Shown piece after piece: positions 40,648-50,291 of a stretch of DNA of 64,000 nt (its first letter is position 1; each line of letters starts with the position of its first letter). Where the stretch lies: the sequence record OR067834.1. The stretch is one strand, 5' to 3'. The DNA is from Escherichia phage KKP 3715. The position numbers and the translations under genes are program-made. The notes below the pieces were generated by a model, which saw only the letters and a list, made by a program, of their open reading frames with translations, did no database searches and had not been told where the DNA came from.

Positions 40648-41958
40648 TTAGAAAGTTAGACCACCGTACTTACTGGCAAGATTGCCATAGAACACCACAC
40701 GCTTACGGGCACGAGACACAGCGACGTAAAGCAGACGGGCAACCATATCAGGTTGGCGACAGCTTGAGAGGTCATTTGCATCAATAAAGATTGTGTCGTA
40801 AGTAGAGCCTTGTGATTTATGAACAGTACATGCATGAGTAGCACGCAGGTCTGGAATGGTTTCTTTAAGACGGAAGTAAGGTTCCCAATTCTTCTCTTTA
40901 CCCAACCACTTAACCAAACGGTTGAAGTAGTCCGGGTCGGTAGGAATTGGAACTTCACTAACAATACCACCATAACCAAGGTCTAGCGTACTATCACGGA
41001 CTTCCAGTTCCAGGTCACCTGTAACTTTAATCATGCGAGTACTACTATCCTGGTCGATAAGTTTTACGTCCTGCTCGATAGACAGACGGTCATCCACACC
41101 TAAGCGAACGGCTGAGTTAGAAACAAGCTGTTCACCTATGGAGTATTCACCTACGTAGCCGTTAGCTTCACGAATGTAGTTATTATAATTAATAACTTGG
41201 TCATTTGTGTAAGCGACAATACGACTGTTGGTGGGTTGAGTGAAATGACTGAGAACCAGTTTCTCCATTTCTTCCTCCTGCACCCAGTCAATAATGCCCG
41301 GGATACATTTAATAGGCAGGAAGCCTGTCTTACCTTCCACCGTATCACGCAATTGCTGGTGCAATGCTTTGAGTTCCGGTGTATCAGTACGCATCTGTTC
41401 AGTCAGATAGTGTGTTGGGATATTACCTGCATACACTGGAGACTTACTCTCTTTAACAGGCAGAAGCTGACAAGCATCACCTACGAATACCAGTTTGCAC
41501 TGGTGAGTACCTTCACGAGCATACTTAAGTAACTGACGGTCAATCATGGATGCTTCATCTACGAAGATAATTTTGTTCTTCTTAATAGTGAATGATTTAG
41601 AAGGTACGACATTAGCCTCACCAGTTTTAAAGTCATTCTTAACAATCAGTCCCTGGAAGGAATGATAGGTAGACGTTGGACGTCCTGTAGCTTGAGCCAG
41701 AACTTCAGCAGCTTTGTTCGTGGTCGCTGTCATGACAACTTCGTTATACAGAGGCTTGGTTCCCATCAGAGAACAGGTTTCCATATATGCAGGCATAGTG
41801 TCATCAATCAGGTGCGACATCAGGAATGTCTTACCAGTTCCCCCAGGTCCACTAATATTGAATTCTGAGGCATTAGGGTCGAGCAGGAAGTCGAAGAACT
41901 CCTTCGCAACCGCTTCTTGCCCCTGGTTCAATGGGGCTTTGGTAGGTTTGGAAAACAT
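40648..41958 (-). CDS. SF1 DNA helicase (Dda/RecD-like)
   Basis: Walker A GPGGTGKT, Walker B IIFVDEASM, and C-terminal TVHKSQGSTYD typical of SF1 helicases; GGAG RBS. Confidence 0.8.
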   Translation of the reverse strand: MFSKPTKAPLNQGQEAVAKEFFDFLLDPNASEFNISGPGGTGKTFLMSHLIDDTMPAYMETCSLMGTKPLYNEVVMTATTNKAAEVLAQATGRPTSTYHSFQGLIVKNDFKTGEANVVPSKSFTIKKNKIIFVDEASMIDRQLLKYAREGTHQCKLVFVGDACQLLPVKESKSPVYAGNIPTHYLTEQMRTDTPELKALHQQLRDTVEGKTGFLPIKCIPGIIDWVQEEEMEKLVLSHFTQPTNSRIVAYTNDQVINYNNYIREANGYVGEYSIGEQLVSNSAVRLGVDDRLSIEQDVKLIDQDSSTRMIKVTGDLELEVRDSTLDLGYGGIVSEVPIPTDPDYFNRLVKWLGKEKNWEPYFRLKETIPDLRATHACTVHKSQGSTYDTIFIDANDLSSCRQPDMVARLLYVAVSRARKRVVFYGNLASKYGGLTF

Positions 41959-41991
41959 TTAAATCTCCAGTAAAAAACCCTCCGTAGAGGG

Positions 41992-42450
41992 TTAGATGTA
42001 AGGGGTTAAATCTGGGGGAGTGTAGTCTTTCCCCTTCATGACTTTCTTGTTCTCGTTGAAGATAGGTTCCCCATCTTCGAACTTGGAATAGTTTGAGCGA
42101 TTGACTTCAGCCAATGCTCCGGGGACATTCATCCCAAGGAAAGTACCGACGCCAGTTGCTGTAACAATCTGGTCAGCAATGCTGTCCAAAAGTCCGATAC
42201 GGTCTTTCGCAACAATACCACCGTTTTGTTTAATACGGTCTGCTACGTAGTTAATAGCATCATGTAAGGAAGCAAGTATTTTAGCGTCATCTTTATTGAC
42301 ACTACTAATTGTCTCCAGCATTTCAGCTACTTCTTCCAGATGGCATCCAACTTGTGTACTGATGTTTTTACTCGTCGGATTCGGTACGGCTTTTAGAAAC
42401 CATTGCCGTGTGCTTTCCAGCGTACAAACGGATGAACTTGTCATGCTCAC
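41992..42450 (-). CDS. MazG-like nucleotide pyrophosphohydrolase (tentative)
   Basis: 152 aa; CHLEEVAEMLE and LLDSIADQIVTATGVG resemble the MazG/HisE helical core, with a C-terminal NRSNYSKF...KGKDYTPPDL tail. Overlaps the upstream HTH gene by about 80 nt. Confidence 0.35.
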   Translation of the reverse strand: MSMTSSSVCTLESTRQWFLKAVPNPTSKNISTQVGCHLEEVAEMLETISSVNKDDAKILASLHDAINYVADRIKQNGGIVAKDRIGLLDSIADQIVTATGVGTFLGMNVPGALAEVNRSNYSKFEDGEPIFNENKKVMKGKDYTPPDLTPYI

Positions 42451-42763
42451 TCTCTTGGTTAAGGTGGCGATTATTATATGCCTCCAGAATCAAGTCCCTT
42501 ACGTATGAACGAATCTCATAAGCAGGACCAACTTGCTCTGATAGCCAATCTGCCACATGGGTTGGTAATGGACGGAGTACATTCTCCATGAACGTCCGAC
42601 GTGTATCGGCTGGTTCAATGTTTAAAGAACGCAATCGCAAAGTAACCGTAGTGGGGTGAACCCCCAACGTCTTAGCGATAGTTGCGAGGGACAGACCAAC
42701 AGCATTCATACGAATGATGTCTTCATCAGTTGCTTTGCGATTAACTCTGTAAACTTTACTCAT
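42368..42763 (-). CDS. helix-turn-helix DNA-binding protein
   Basis: Start moved to the ATG at 42763 with GAGGAAA RBS (track start is a GTG inside a palindrome); HTH-like GLSLATIAKTLGVHPTTV. Confidence 0.45.
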   Translation of the reverse strand: MSKVYRVNRKATDEDIIRMNAVGLSLATIAKTLGVHPTTVTLRLRSLNIEPADTRRTFMENVLRPLPTHVADWLSEQVGPAYEIRSYVRDLILEAYNNRHLNQESEHDKFIRLYAGKHTAMVSKSRTESDE

Positions 42764-42785
42764 AGTACATTTCCTCTTCAAATTT

Positions 42786-42811
42786 ACCCTCACTTTATTA
42801 TAAGTGAGGGT
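42786..42811. promoter_or_regulatory. perfect 10-bp inverted repeat between rIIB-like and HTH genes (operator or RNA hairpin)
   Basis: accctcactt-tattat-aagtgagggt, about 23 nt upstream of the HTH gene start; no U-tract on either side. Confidence 0.3.
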
Positions 42812-42825
42812 ATTTGAACAGGCTA

Positions 42826-44874
42826 TTACTTAACGGCTTTGACCAGTTTGGTAGCTAACTTAGCTTCTTCTTCAGTCAGGCCCATTGCAGTGAATGACTT
42901 CTTAGCATGACGCTTATAGTCTTGCAGAGCATGACCTTTCTGATAGTCGGAGTAGGACGTATCATTCAGGATGCTACGCAGGTTATCGGCGTGTGTTCCA
43001 TTAATTGGTTTAGGGGCAGCTTTAGTAACCTTAGCTTTCTTCACTGGTTTTGGTTTGCCGATAGGTTTAGCTGTGTAAGTTGTACGTACATCAGCAATCT
43101 TAGCCACCACATCGGAACCAACACCTAAAGCAGCCCATGGCTTACGAGCCTTACCTCGCATTTCCACAAGTAAGTCAGCAGCAGCTAATTTATCTTCCGG
43201 AGTAGTAGCGTTAAGGAACTCTTTAATTAGTTCCTGGATTTGTTCTTTCACGGTAGGAGCCTTATTAACAATAGGTTTAAGGTCAGTAGCCTTCACTGGT
43301 TCAGCAGCTACAGCTTCATTCAGTGACTCTTCCATATTCAGTGCTTCTTTATTAGCAACTGTACGGAACTGTTCTACAGAACCAGACGAGAGATTAGTGT
43401 ATTTGAGGTTAGTACCACGATGCCCACCAACCATAACAAGTGTGGTAGGTGAACTATGGTTCCCAACGATGGCATCATTAAGTAATTTCTTACCTACTTC
43501 TGTCTTAGACAGATAGATGCCATTGTTAACGTTGCAACGTTCCTCTTCTGGTAGTTCAGCAATAATGTGATACGCAGCTACACGCATCTTATTAGTGTTG
43601 TACTCAGGAACAGCAAATACATCTTCTGGTGCTACTTTACCAAGGATAGTTACGTTACCACCGAAGGTACGGATGTAACTCATGGATGCTACGTGCAGAC
43701 CATTAGAGCAGTCCTGACGACGGTCAGGGTCTACCAGGTCTTCTCGTACCTGTACTTTACAGCCTACCCACTGACGGATGTTGCCTGAGTGACAGTCAAC
43801 AAATACACGTTTACCATTTTCTTCACCTCTGAACTTAAGGCGTTTCAGGAACAGGATAGAACCATCATCAGCGATAGGCAGTTCAGCAGTTTCCATGAAC
43901 TTCATCAGGTCTTCCACTGAGTGCAGACGGTCTTTAATAACCGGAGCCAGACGCTCAAGGAACTTGGTAAAGCCCTTATAGTCTTTTAGCTGGGCAGACT
44001 GACGTAGGTGACGTTGTAGGTTCTCAATTCCAGGGATAACCCCATTGTTGGTAACAGCAACAACCACTTCATCCTCCTTCACATCAGTGTGGAAGTTAGC
44101 ATCATCGGTACTGATAGCACCTAATGCAGCCAGCTTCTCTGAAGCAGCAGCCAGCTTATCCTGGTTCGTAGTTTTAACCACTTCCACATAAGGCAGTGGT
44201 GTTACCCCACTCCCACGGTTGGTAAATACAACATGTACACCCTTGATGTTCTGAGCTTGTTTAGTAAACTCCCCCATTTCATCATCAGATACTGCACGAA
44301 TTGCAATAGGCCATTCCTGTCTAAGTACGATGTCGGTGAGGTCAGTACTCATCCATAGTACGTCGTTAATAAAACGAACCAGTGCAGGATGGTTATGGTC
44401 TTTATCCCAGCCAGTAACCCACATCAGATTGTCACGTTTGTCGTAGTAACCATCTGCTACTGTTACCTCTGGTTCATTAGCCTGAACAGCCAAGAAGGTA
44501 TCCATAGCTTTGGATACTAATGTCTTAGTAGGATTACCCAGCTTAATATCTGAAACAATACGGACTGGTGAAACACCTGTACCATCCTCGAAGAACTCTT
44601 TAAGTTTAGCCTTAGCTACCTTGAAGAAACGGACGAATCCGTTGGTGTTCTTCTCTGCTTCTAGGTATTCAGTACGCAGTTCTACTTCTGGTGCAATGTT
44701 TACTTCTATTTGGTCTTGGGTAGTACCAAGACCTTTGGTCTGTGCTTCAGATACAATACGAGCAACCCGTGGGTCGCTCTGAGGATATACAACCGTGGAG
44801 CCATCAGGCTTCCACAGTGTGAGGTTTCGACTGTCAACTGCCAGTGCGATGATAGAAATCAATTCGATTTTCAT
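42826..44874 (-). CDS. rIIB-like protein (tentative, by pairing with the rIIA-like gene)
   Basis: 682 aa directly downstream of the rIIA-like gene; Lys/Pro/Ala-rich C-terminal tail; no diagnostic motif recognised. Confidence 0.3.
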   Translation of the reverse strand: MKIELISIIALAVDSRNLTLWKPDGSTVVYPQSDPRVARIVSEAQTKGLGTTQDQIEVNIAPEVELRTEYLEAEKNTNGFVRFFKVAKAKLKEFFEDGTGVSPVRIVSDIKLGNPTKTLVSKAMDTFLAVQANEPEVTVADGYYDKRDNLMWVTGWDKDHNHPALVRFINDVLWMSTDLTDIVLRQEWPIAIRAVSDDEMGEFTKQAQNIKGVHVVFTNRGSGVTPLPYVEVVKTTNQDKLAAASEKLAALGAISTDDANFHTDVKEDEVVVAVTNNGVIPGIENLQRHLRQSAQLKDYKGFTKFLERLAPVIKDRLHSVEDLMKFMETAELPIADDGSILFLKRLKFRGEENGKRVFVDCHSGNIRQWVGCKVQVREDLVDPDRRQDCSNGLHVASMSYIRTFGGNVTILGKVAPEDVFAVPEYNTNKMRVAAYHIIAELPEEERCNVNNGIYLSKTEVGKKLLNDAIVGNHSSPTTLVMVGGHRGTNLKYTNLSSGSVEQFRTVANKEALNMEESLNEAVAAEPVKATDLKPIVNKAPTVKEQIQELIKEFLNATTPEDKLAAADLLVEMRGKARKPWAALGVGSDVVAKIADVRTTYTAKPIGKPKPVKKAKVTKAAPKPINGTHADNLRSILNDTSYSDYQKGHALQDYKRHAKKSFTAMGLTEEEAKLATKLVKAVK

Positions 44875-44878
44875 CAGA

Positions 44879-47443
44879 TTATTTACCTTTCAGTTTATTT
44901 AGACGATTACGGTAGAGGGACTTAAACCCAGGAATATCCTCTGGATTCTTCTTGAGATGTTTAACTAAATTACCCAAGTCCAGGCTCTGTAGGATGTCAC
45001 CAGCACTCCAGCTATAACAGAATAGTTCTTTGTACTTTTTAAGTACTTCGTAATGCTTATGCATACGAGGATTAACCATGCATTTATACGGCTCTAGGTC
45101 ATACATCGACTTAATGAGGCCCATTTCAATGAGTCTATCCTTGCTACTTGATTGGTTTCTTAAGAAGACGCATGCCCATTCATACTCTGGTTTAAAAACC
45201 AGACTCTGCAATGGTTTGAATGTCAGACCCAGAATATCGAGGATTTCCCAATATTCTCTGTCATCCAGTCCTACGTATTCCAGAACACCGATACGCTGTT
45301 CAGTGGCATACTTCTTGAATCCCTTACTGGTAATAACAGACATCAATTCATTAAGACGAATATCGTCAATGTGAATAGCACCACGACGTTTGGCTTTGTT
45401 AACTTCGATTTGATTACGACAGACAACAGTCTCTGCTTTCATCTCATCAGACAACTCCCACCATTTCCACATGGTTCCAATCTTGGCAGTTTCTGGTCTA
45501 TCAGAACCAACCTGATTGGCTGGTACGTAGTACTTAGGCAATTCTACTTCAACGAATCTAGGTTCCTCATGGAATCTCGGGTCAGCAAAATCCTTGTCAA
45601 TGTGTGGTTTAGATACCAAATCTCCATTTTTATCTCGTACAGGGGTAGTACCAAGTACTGCATTCAATGAAACCAGTGCATTAGTTTTACCACCTGCTTT
45701 GGTTTTATTGGCAGCTATTGTCTTAGCACGTTTCTCAGCAGCTATCTTAGCCTGTTCTCTGCGGAAGTTAGTTGGTTTGTCCCACTCATTATATTGAGTA
45801 AGGTCAATAACCCGATAACCCATAGCAGTGAACTTAGCTACAGCTTCTGCCGCTTCCCCTTTCTTAGGACCAACGACGTGAACAAAAGCAGTACGCTCCA
45901 GGTCACCTCGGTTGTACTCAGGGAAGTATGAGAAAGAGTCTGCACAGTCAGATAAACGTCTTGTAACTACAACGTTCTTGGTAGTGAAAATACCAATACC
46001 CAAATGGTTGTTATAGCCCATCTTAAAGTAGTCAGTAAGTTTACCTTTCACCAAGTCAACACGGTTACCCCGGTTCATTATGTAACCAGACCACTTAGCA
46101 CCAGTAGCTTTTAAAGCAGCAAGCTGAGGTAGGTGCAGATGACGGTATACTAAATCCTGGAATGAGTAACTATTATCACCTACACGAGTATTCTTAAGAG
46201 CACGCATAGCCTTACTATACAGTTTCTTAAGACCTGCATACTCAGGACGAGCTAACAATGCCTTATTGGATAGATTACGCCAGTGCTTAATATGATGTTT
46301 ACGTTGCTTAGCCCACAAGCTAGAGGACATATAGCGTTGAACAGTTCTGTCTGTAACAGCACCCAGGAAAGATGGGTATTCCCAGTAACGAGTAGAAGAT
46401 TCAGAGGCATATTCTTCAATCTGCTTAATAGCTTCAGGAATCTTAGCCTTAATCTCTTTCTCCATACGGTCTACTAAATCTACGCATAGAGTAGTAATAC
46501 CATCGTCAGTTAACTTCTGGTTAGACAGTGTTTCGCGACTAGGGGCAATAGCTAAGGTATCTGGTGCAGCCTGAACTACTAGAGTGTCAGCACCAATGAT
46601 ATTCATGAAGTTGAGGATAAGACCCACAGCCTCTTCACTAGCAGGACTAGATACTATTGGGTACATTACGTTACCGTAGCGAACAAAGATGTTACTGTTA
46701 CCCATATAGCCTTGATACCAGCTATCAGACATATCATATGAACCAGGTTCAAATGACATACCTAGGGTATTCAGTAGAGTGAAGTCACCCTGCTGAATAC
46801 TATTGCCTGTTTCTTCACGAATTAATTTGGGAATACTAAGCTCAGCCTTAATTTCACCGTTAAACACAATTGATGTGATGTAGTGTACAAAGGTATTTAC
46901 ATCATGTTTACCTAACTGGAATTTAACTTCCAGTCCAGATTCCTCAGTAGGAATATTGGTAACAATAGGAACAATACCCGGTTTACCATCATTCTCAATC
47001 GCAGCCTTAGCTACGTTATATACCGACATCTTTCCTTGGTTCCATGAAGTAACCTGGAAGCTATCTGTATAGGCGAATGGGGACTTACATCCCAGACCAA
47101 AGCCACCAGTAACACTACTGTTGGACTTCTTAGTAGATGCACCATAGACGCCATAAATGGAACCAATGAGTTCATCCGGGATTCCGTTACCAAAGTCACG
47201 GAAGGTAATAAAGTTGTCGGTATCAATAGTAATACGGATAGGAGTATCAGTCTTACCTGCTTCAATATGAGCATCCCAACTGTTACAGATAGTCTCACGG
47301 ACTACTGCTAGAGTAGGGTTGTTATACAAGGAAGTACTTAATACGTGAAAGAATGCCGGGTCATCAGAGATGCCAAAGGCGATTGCTTCTTTGCCACCCA
47401 GTGTCGCTGAAGTAGCTGATTGATTGGTATCTGCAACTAACAT
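44879..47443 (-). CDS. rIIA: rIIA-like protein with N-terminal GHKL (histidine-kinase-like) ATPase domain
   Basis: 854 aa; N-box-like RETICNSWDAH, G1-like RDFGNGI, G2-like GGFGLGCKS near the N-terminus; GGAGAG RBS. Confidence 0.55.
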   Translation of the reverse strand: MLVADTNQSATSATLGGKEAIAFGISDDPAFFHVLSTSLYNNPTLAVVRETICNSWDAHIEAGKTDTPIRITIDTDNFITFRDFGNGIPDELIGSIYGVYGASTKKSNSSVTGGFGLGCKSPFAYTDSFQVTSWNQGKMSVYNVAKAAIENDGKPGIVPIVTNIPTEESGLEVKFQLGKHDVNTFVHYITSIVFNGEIKAELSIPKLIREETGNSIQQGDFTLLNTLGMSFEPGSYDMSDSWYQGYMGNSNIFVRYGNVMYPIVSSPASEEAVGLILNFMNIIGADTLVVQAAPDTLAIAPSRETLSNQKLTDDGITTLCVDLVDRMEKEIKAKIPEAIKQIEEYASESSTRYWEYPSFLGAVTDRTVQRYMSSSLWAKQRKHHIKHWRNLSNKALLARPEYAGLKKLYSKAMRALKNTRVGDNSYSFQDLVYRHLHLPQLAALKATGAKWSGYIMNRGNRVDLVKGKLTDYFKMGYNNHLGIGIFTTKNVVVTRRLSDCADSFSYFPEYNRGDLERTAFVHVVGPKKGEAAEAVAKFTAMGYRVIDLTQYNEWDKPTNFRREQAKIAAEKRAKTIAANKTKAGGKTNALVSLNAVLGTTPVRDKNGDLVSKPHIDKDFADPRFHEEPRFVEVELPKYYVPANQVGSDRPETAKIGTMWKWWELSDEMKAETVVCRNQIEVNKAKRRGAIHIDDIRLNELMSVITSKGFKKYATEQRIGVLEYVGLDDREYWEILDILGLTFKPLQSLVFKPEYEWACVFLRNQSSSKDRLIEMGLIKSMYDLEPYKCMVNPRMHKHYEVLKKYKELFCYSWSAGDILQSLDLGNLVKHLKKNPEDIPGFKSLYRNRLNKLKGK

Positions 47444-47576
47444 TTATTTACTCTCCAGTTTAAATGTTGCTTATAGGAAAAGACTGAACACAACTACGGA
47501 AATACCTATGGCTGTTCCGTATGTACCCAATAGCTCGTTAAGTATGTAGGGTAGAGCCATGAAATAGTTGAATACT

Positions 47577-47903
47577 TCAACCATTGCGTTTACCTGCCAT
47601 TGCTTGAAGAACGAATACAGCCATATCAGATGCCATATCATCAGTAATATCATTAACCGTTCCGTAAGGTAACGGACCATTATCTTCCCAGTTATCAAGC
47701 ACATTCTGCACTTCAGCTAAACCAGCCTGAATCATCTCTTTGCTTGGTTCCAACCATAATTTACGTTCTTCTGCCAGTGCAGCAATGCACATACACAGGG
47801 AAGCGATATTAGCTGGGCAAGCAGCAATATCACCAGTAACTGCAATATCACTAAGTGGAACAGCCTTACCAGTTTTACTATGAATAACTTCAGGATTAAT
47901 CAT
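47577..47903 (-). CDS. hypothetical protein
   Basis: Start moved to the internal ATG at 47903 with GGAG RBS. Confidence 0.3.
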   Translation of the reverse strand: MINPEVIHSKTGKAVPLSDIAVTGDIAACPANIASLCMCIAALAEERKLWLEPSKEMIQAGLAEVQNVLDNWEDNGPLPYGTVNDITDDMASDMAVFVLQAMAGKRNG

Positions 47904-48138
47904 GGATTTGCTCCAGGTTATGGGCAGGAATTGGGAAGCATGGATAGTCACCGGTAGGGTCCAGTGTTACAGATACATGCAGTGTATTTGTCATTTGAGT
48001 TAACATCAGAGCAGCATTGAAATCATCCTGGATACAGGCATATACAATGTCACCTTTCCCACCCTCACACATTAGTGGTGTGTCTTTGATACGGTATTTA
48101 GCAGGCATATGCCCTCCCAAAAGAGTTAATAGATTCAA
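47896..48138 (-). CDS. hypothetical protein
   Basis: 80 aa ORF with a TTG start in the track. Weak call. Confidence 0.25.
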   Translation of the reverse strand: MNLLTLLGGHMPAKYRIKDTPLMCEGGKGDIVYACIQDDFNAALMLTQMTNTLHVSVTLDPTGDYPCFPIPAHNLEQIHD

Positions 48139-48167
48139 AAAAAGACCTCCCGGAGGAGGTCTTAGGT

Positions 48168-48404
48168 TTACTTACGATTCCGTCCTACGAATTGTAATAG
48201 ACGTTCCTTAGCAACATCCTGTTCCTTGATAGCTACATAGTCGCGTGCATAGTAATACACACACCATAAGCCAATAGAACATGCAGAATATCGAGCCACT
48301 ACGAAGAACATCTCTTCCAGGCTCTGTGCACCATGCAGTGCAAATACAAATTCCAGAACCAGGATGATACTTATAATCATTGCTTGGATAGCTAAACGTT
48401 TCAT
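48168..48404 (-). CDS. small membrane protein (hypothetical)
   Basis: 78 aa with two hydrophobic helices. Confidence 0.35.
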   Translation of the reverse strand: MKRLAIQAMIISIILVLEFVFALHGAQSLEEMFFVVARYSACSIGLWCVYYYARDYVAIKEQDVAKERLLQFVGRNRK

Positions 48405-49345
48405 TCTTTAATTGTTTCTCCGGGGATTAGTTTACGGAATTGGATGAAATCCAGTAAGTTACCTGAATACAGCTTACCTTCACGATCCATTGAAGTAACA
48501 CCCTGTTCCCAGGTTAATGGGTTCTGGTTGTTAATGAACTTATCACCGAACAGCATAGGAGTTGCCTGGTGTTCGGTAGGGGACGCATGAATAGGTTGGT
48601 TCTCAACTAACTTAGCAAACAATCCTAAGTCTTCTTCAATAGTAGAAGGACGGCCCTCGAAGTTGTTGTAAGAAGCACGAGCACAACGAGCAGCACTTAC
48701 TTTAAGAAGTAAGCCATACACTTCTGCATCACTTGGTTCATCGCGAGTAATTCGTTGATGTTTGCAGAAATCATAAGCAACATAAAGATCATTATCAGTG
48801 ATATACGGCATATGCCAATGCCCTTGCATGAGTTTTGATGGAACACTTTCATTATGAGCCTTACGCATTGCTTGAGCCAGTTCACGAATCTCTGGTTGAG
48901 CATCTTCATGGTCACGTAAGCCATAGAAGTTAGCCCAGCTAGTTGAAGTTACCACTACACGGATATGTGTGAATGGTTCCAGAATACGGTTAACAATCTG
49001 CTTATGTACTTGTCCACGACGCAGTTGTTCAGCATAAACAGCAGCAGCAGATGCAGCGTTATCCCAGATAAACTTAGCATCCTCAATCTCCATAGGAGTG
49101 AGTTCTTCCTCTGCTTGCATACCTTTCTGGTTCTTGCCCCAGTGACTTGGCATCACTGGTTCATTACGAACCTGTTCGATGAGCTTAGAAGTAGGGATAG
49201 CACGACTACTTGAAGCATTTCTGTTGAATACACGGTGGGTCATAAACTCACTGTGGATGAATCGGGGATAGACCAATTCAAAGGTAGTAATACGAGTACC
49301 CGTTGCATGATGAACGGAATCTGCAATGACAGTTGCCTTAATCAT
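48401..49345 (-). CDS. flavin-dependent thymidylate synthase-like protein (ThyX-like, tentative)
   Basis: 314 aa; segment FMTHRVFNRNASSSRA resembles the ThyX RHRx7-8S signature but with THR instead of RHR. Confidence 0.35.
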   Translation of the reverse strand: MIKATVIADSVHHATGTRITTFELVYPRFIHSEFMTHRVFNRNASSSRAIPTSKLIEQVRNEPVMPSHWGKNQKGMQAEEELTPMEIEDAKFIWDNAASAAAVYAEQLRRGQVHKQIVNRILEPFTHIRVVVTSTSWANFYGLRDHEDAQPEIRELAQAMRKAHNESVPSKLMQGHWHMPYITDNDLYVAYDFCKHQRITRDEPSDAEVYGLLLKVSAARCARASYNNFEGRPSTIEEDLGLFAKLVENQPIHASPTEHQATPMLFGDKFINNQNPLTWEQGVTSMDREGKLYSGNLLDFIQFRKLIPGETIKE

Positions 49346-49788
49346 TAGAATGACCTTAGATAGTTGGTAATACCACTACGGTTTTCTGTAATCCTCTTGG
49401 CCTGAACATATACCAGCTTAAACTCACTACGGGGTAGTTCCTGTAATACTGCTATACCTTCAGTAAGGGCCACAGAACACGCTACAGCGGTTTCTTTTTT
49501 AAAGGAGTACAAGTCTTCATACATGAGGGCTTCATACTCTTTACGGAGCATACAGAGAGCATCTCTTGCCTTATCACTTACTTCTTGTGAACCAGCAGAC
49601 ATAGCTAAGCTGTATATGATAAAGACTTGTTCGAAAACAAAGTCCAGTAATCTATCAGGGTTGCTAGTCCCCATGAACAATTTTGTTATATAGGAACGAG
49701 CTTTACGGTTGAGTTCGTACTCATCCTCTATGCCTTTATTATAAAGAACAGGATTTCGCTCCCTTTTTCTTAGGAATGGAATACGCAT
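49345..49788 (-). CDS. hypothetical protein
   Basis: 147 aa ORF, translationally coupled to neighbours. Confidence 0.4.
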   Translation of the reverse strand: MRIPFLRKRERNPVLYNKGIEDEYELNRKARSYITKLFMGTSNPDRLLDFVFEQVFIIYSLAMSAGSQEVSDKARDALCMLRKEYEALMYEDLYSFKKETAVACSVALTEGIAVLQELPRSEFKLVYVQAKRITENRSGITNYLRSF

Positions 49789-50276
49789 TAGTATTTACTA
49801 CCTCTTCTATACCAAGGGTAATGGTGGGTAGTGCTCTTGCCTTTGAACACATCCTTGGTATAAGGATTCTTTTGTATTTGAGCCAGGTAAAGATGCATGT
49901 CGTCATAGCAAGGACTAAGCCAGAACTTATCTATGATACGATCTACCTTAGCTTTCAGATGAGGTTCAGGAGGGATGTATGGGAAAACATTAAATGATCT
50001 ACTAGTCCATCCTTTCTGAATAGCAGCTTGCATTGCTGCGTAAACATCGGGACCAATTCCATTTTCTTCTACTTGGTCATGTATAGTTTTACCTAAAGTA
50101 AGCATTGCAGTTTGTTCCAGTTTACTTAAGTCCAGTCCATATAAGATAGACTTACCATTTTGTCTGTTTGACATAAGAGTACCTGTAATTAAAAAAGCCC
50201 ACTGGTTAGGTGGGCTTGGATTAGGAGATGGATAAGCAATGAGCTGGAAGTAACTTCCACAAGCATCACTATACAA
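49788..50276 (-). CDS. hypothetical protein
   Basis: 162 aa ORF. Confidence 0.4.
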   Translation of the reverse strand: MYSDACGSYFQLIAYPSPNPSPPNQWAFLITGTLMSNRQNGKSILYGLDLSKLEQTAMLTLGKTIHDQVEENGIGPDVYAAMQAAIQKGWTSRSFNVFPYIPPEPHLKAKVDRIIDKFWLSPCYDDMHLYLAQIQKNPYTKDVFKGKSTTHHYPWYRRGSKY

Positions 50277-50291
50277 TGATGCTTAGGTTAG

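Noticed and set aside
47471-47704. 77-codon - strand ORF just downstream of the rIIA-like gene start region
   Set aside because: Most of it overlaps gene 47577-47903 in another frame; only a ~37-codon hydrophobic tail from an internal ATG at 47584 is plausible, which is too weak to call as a gene.
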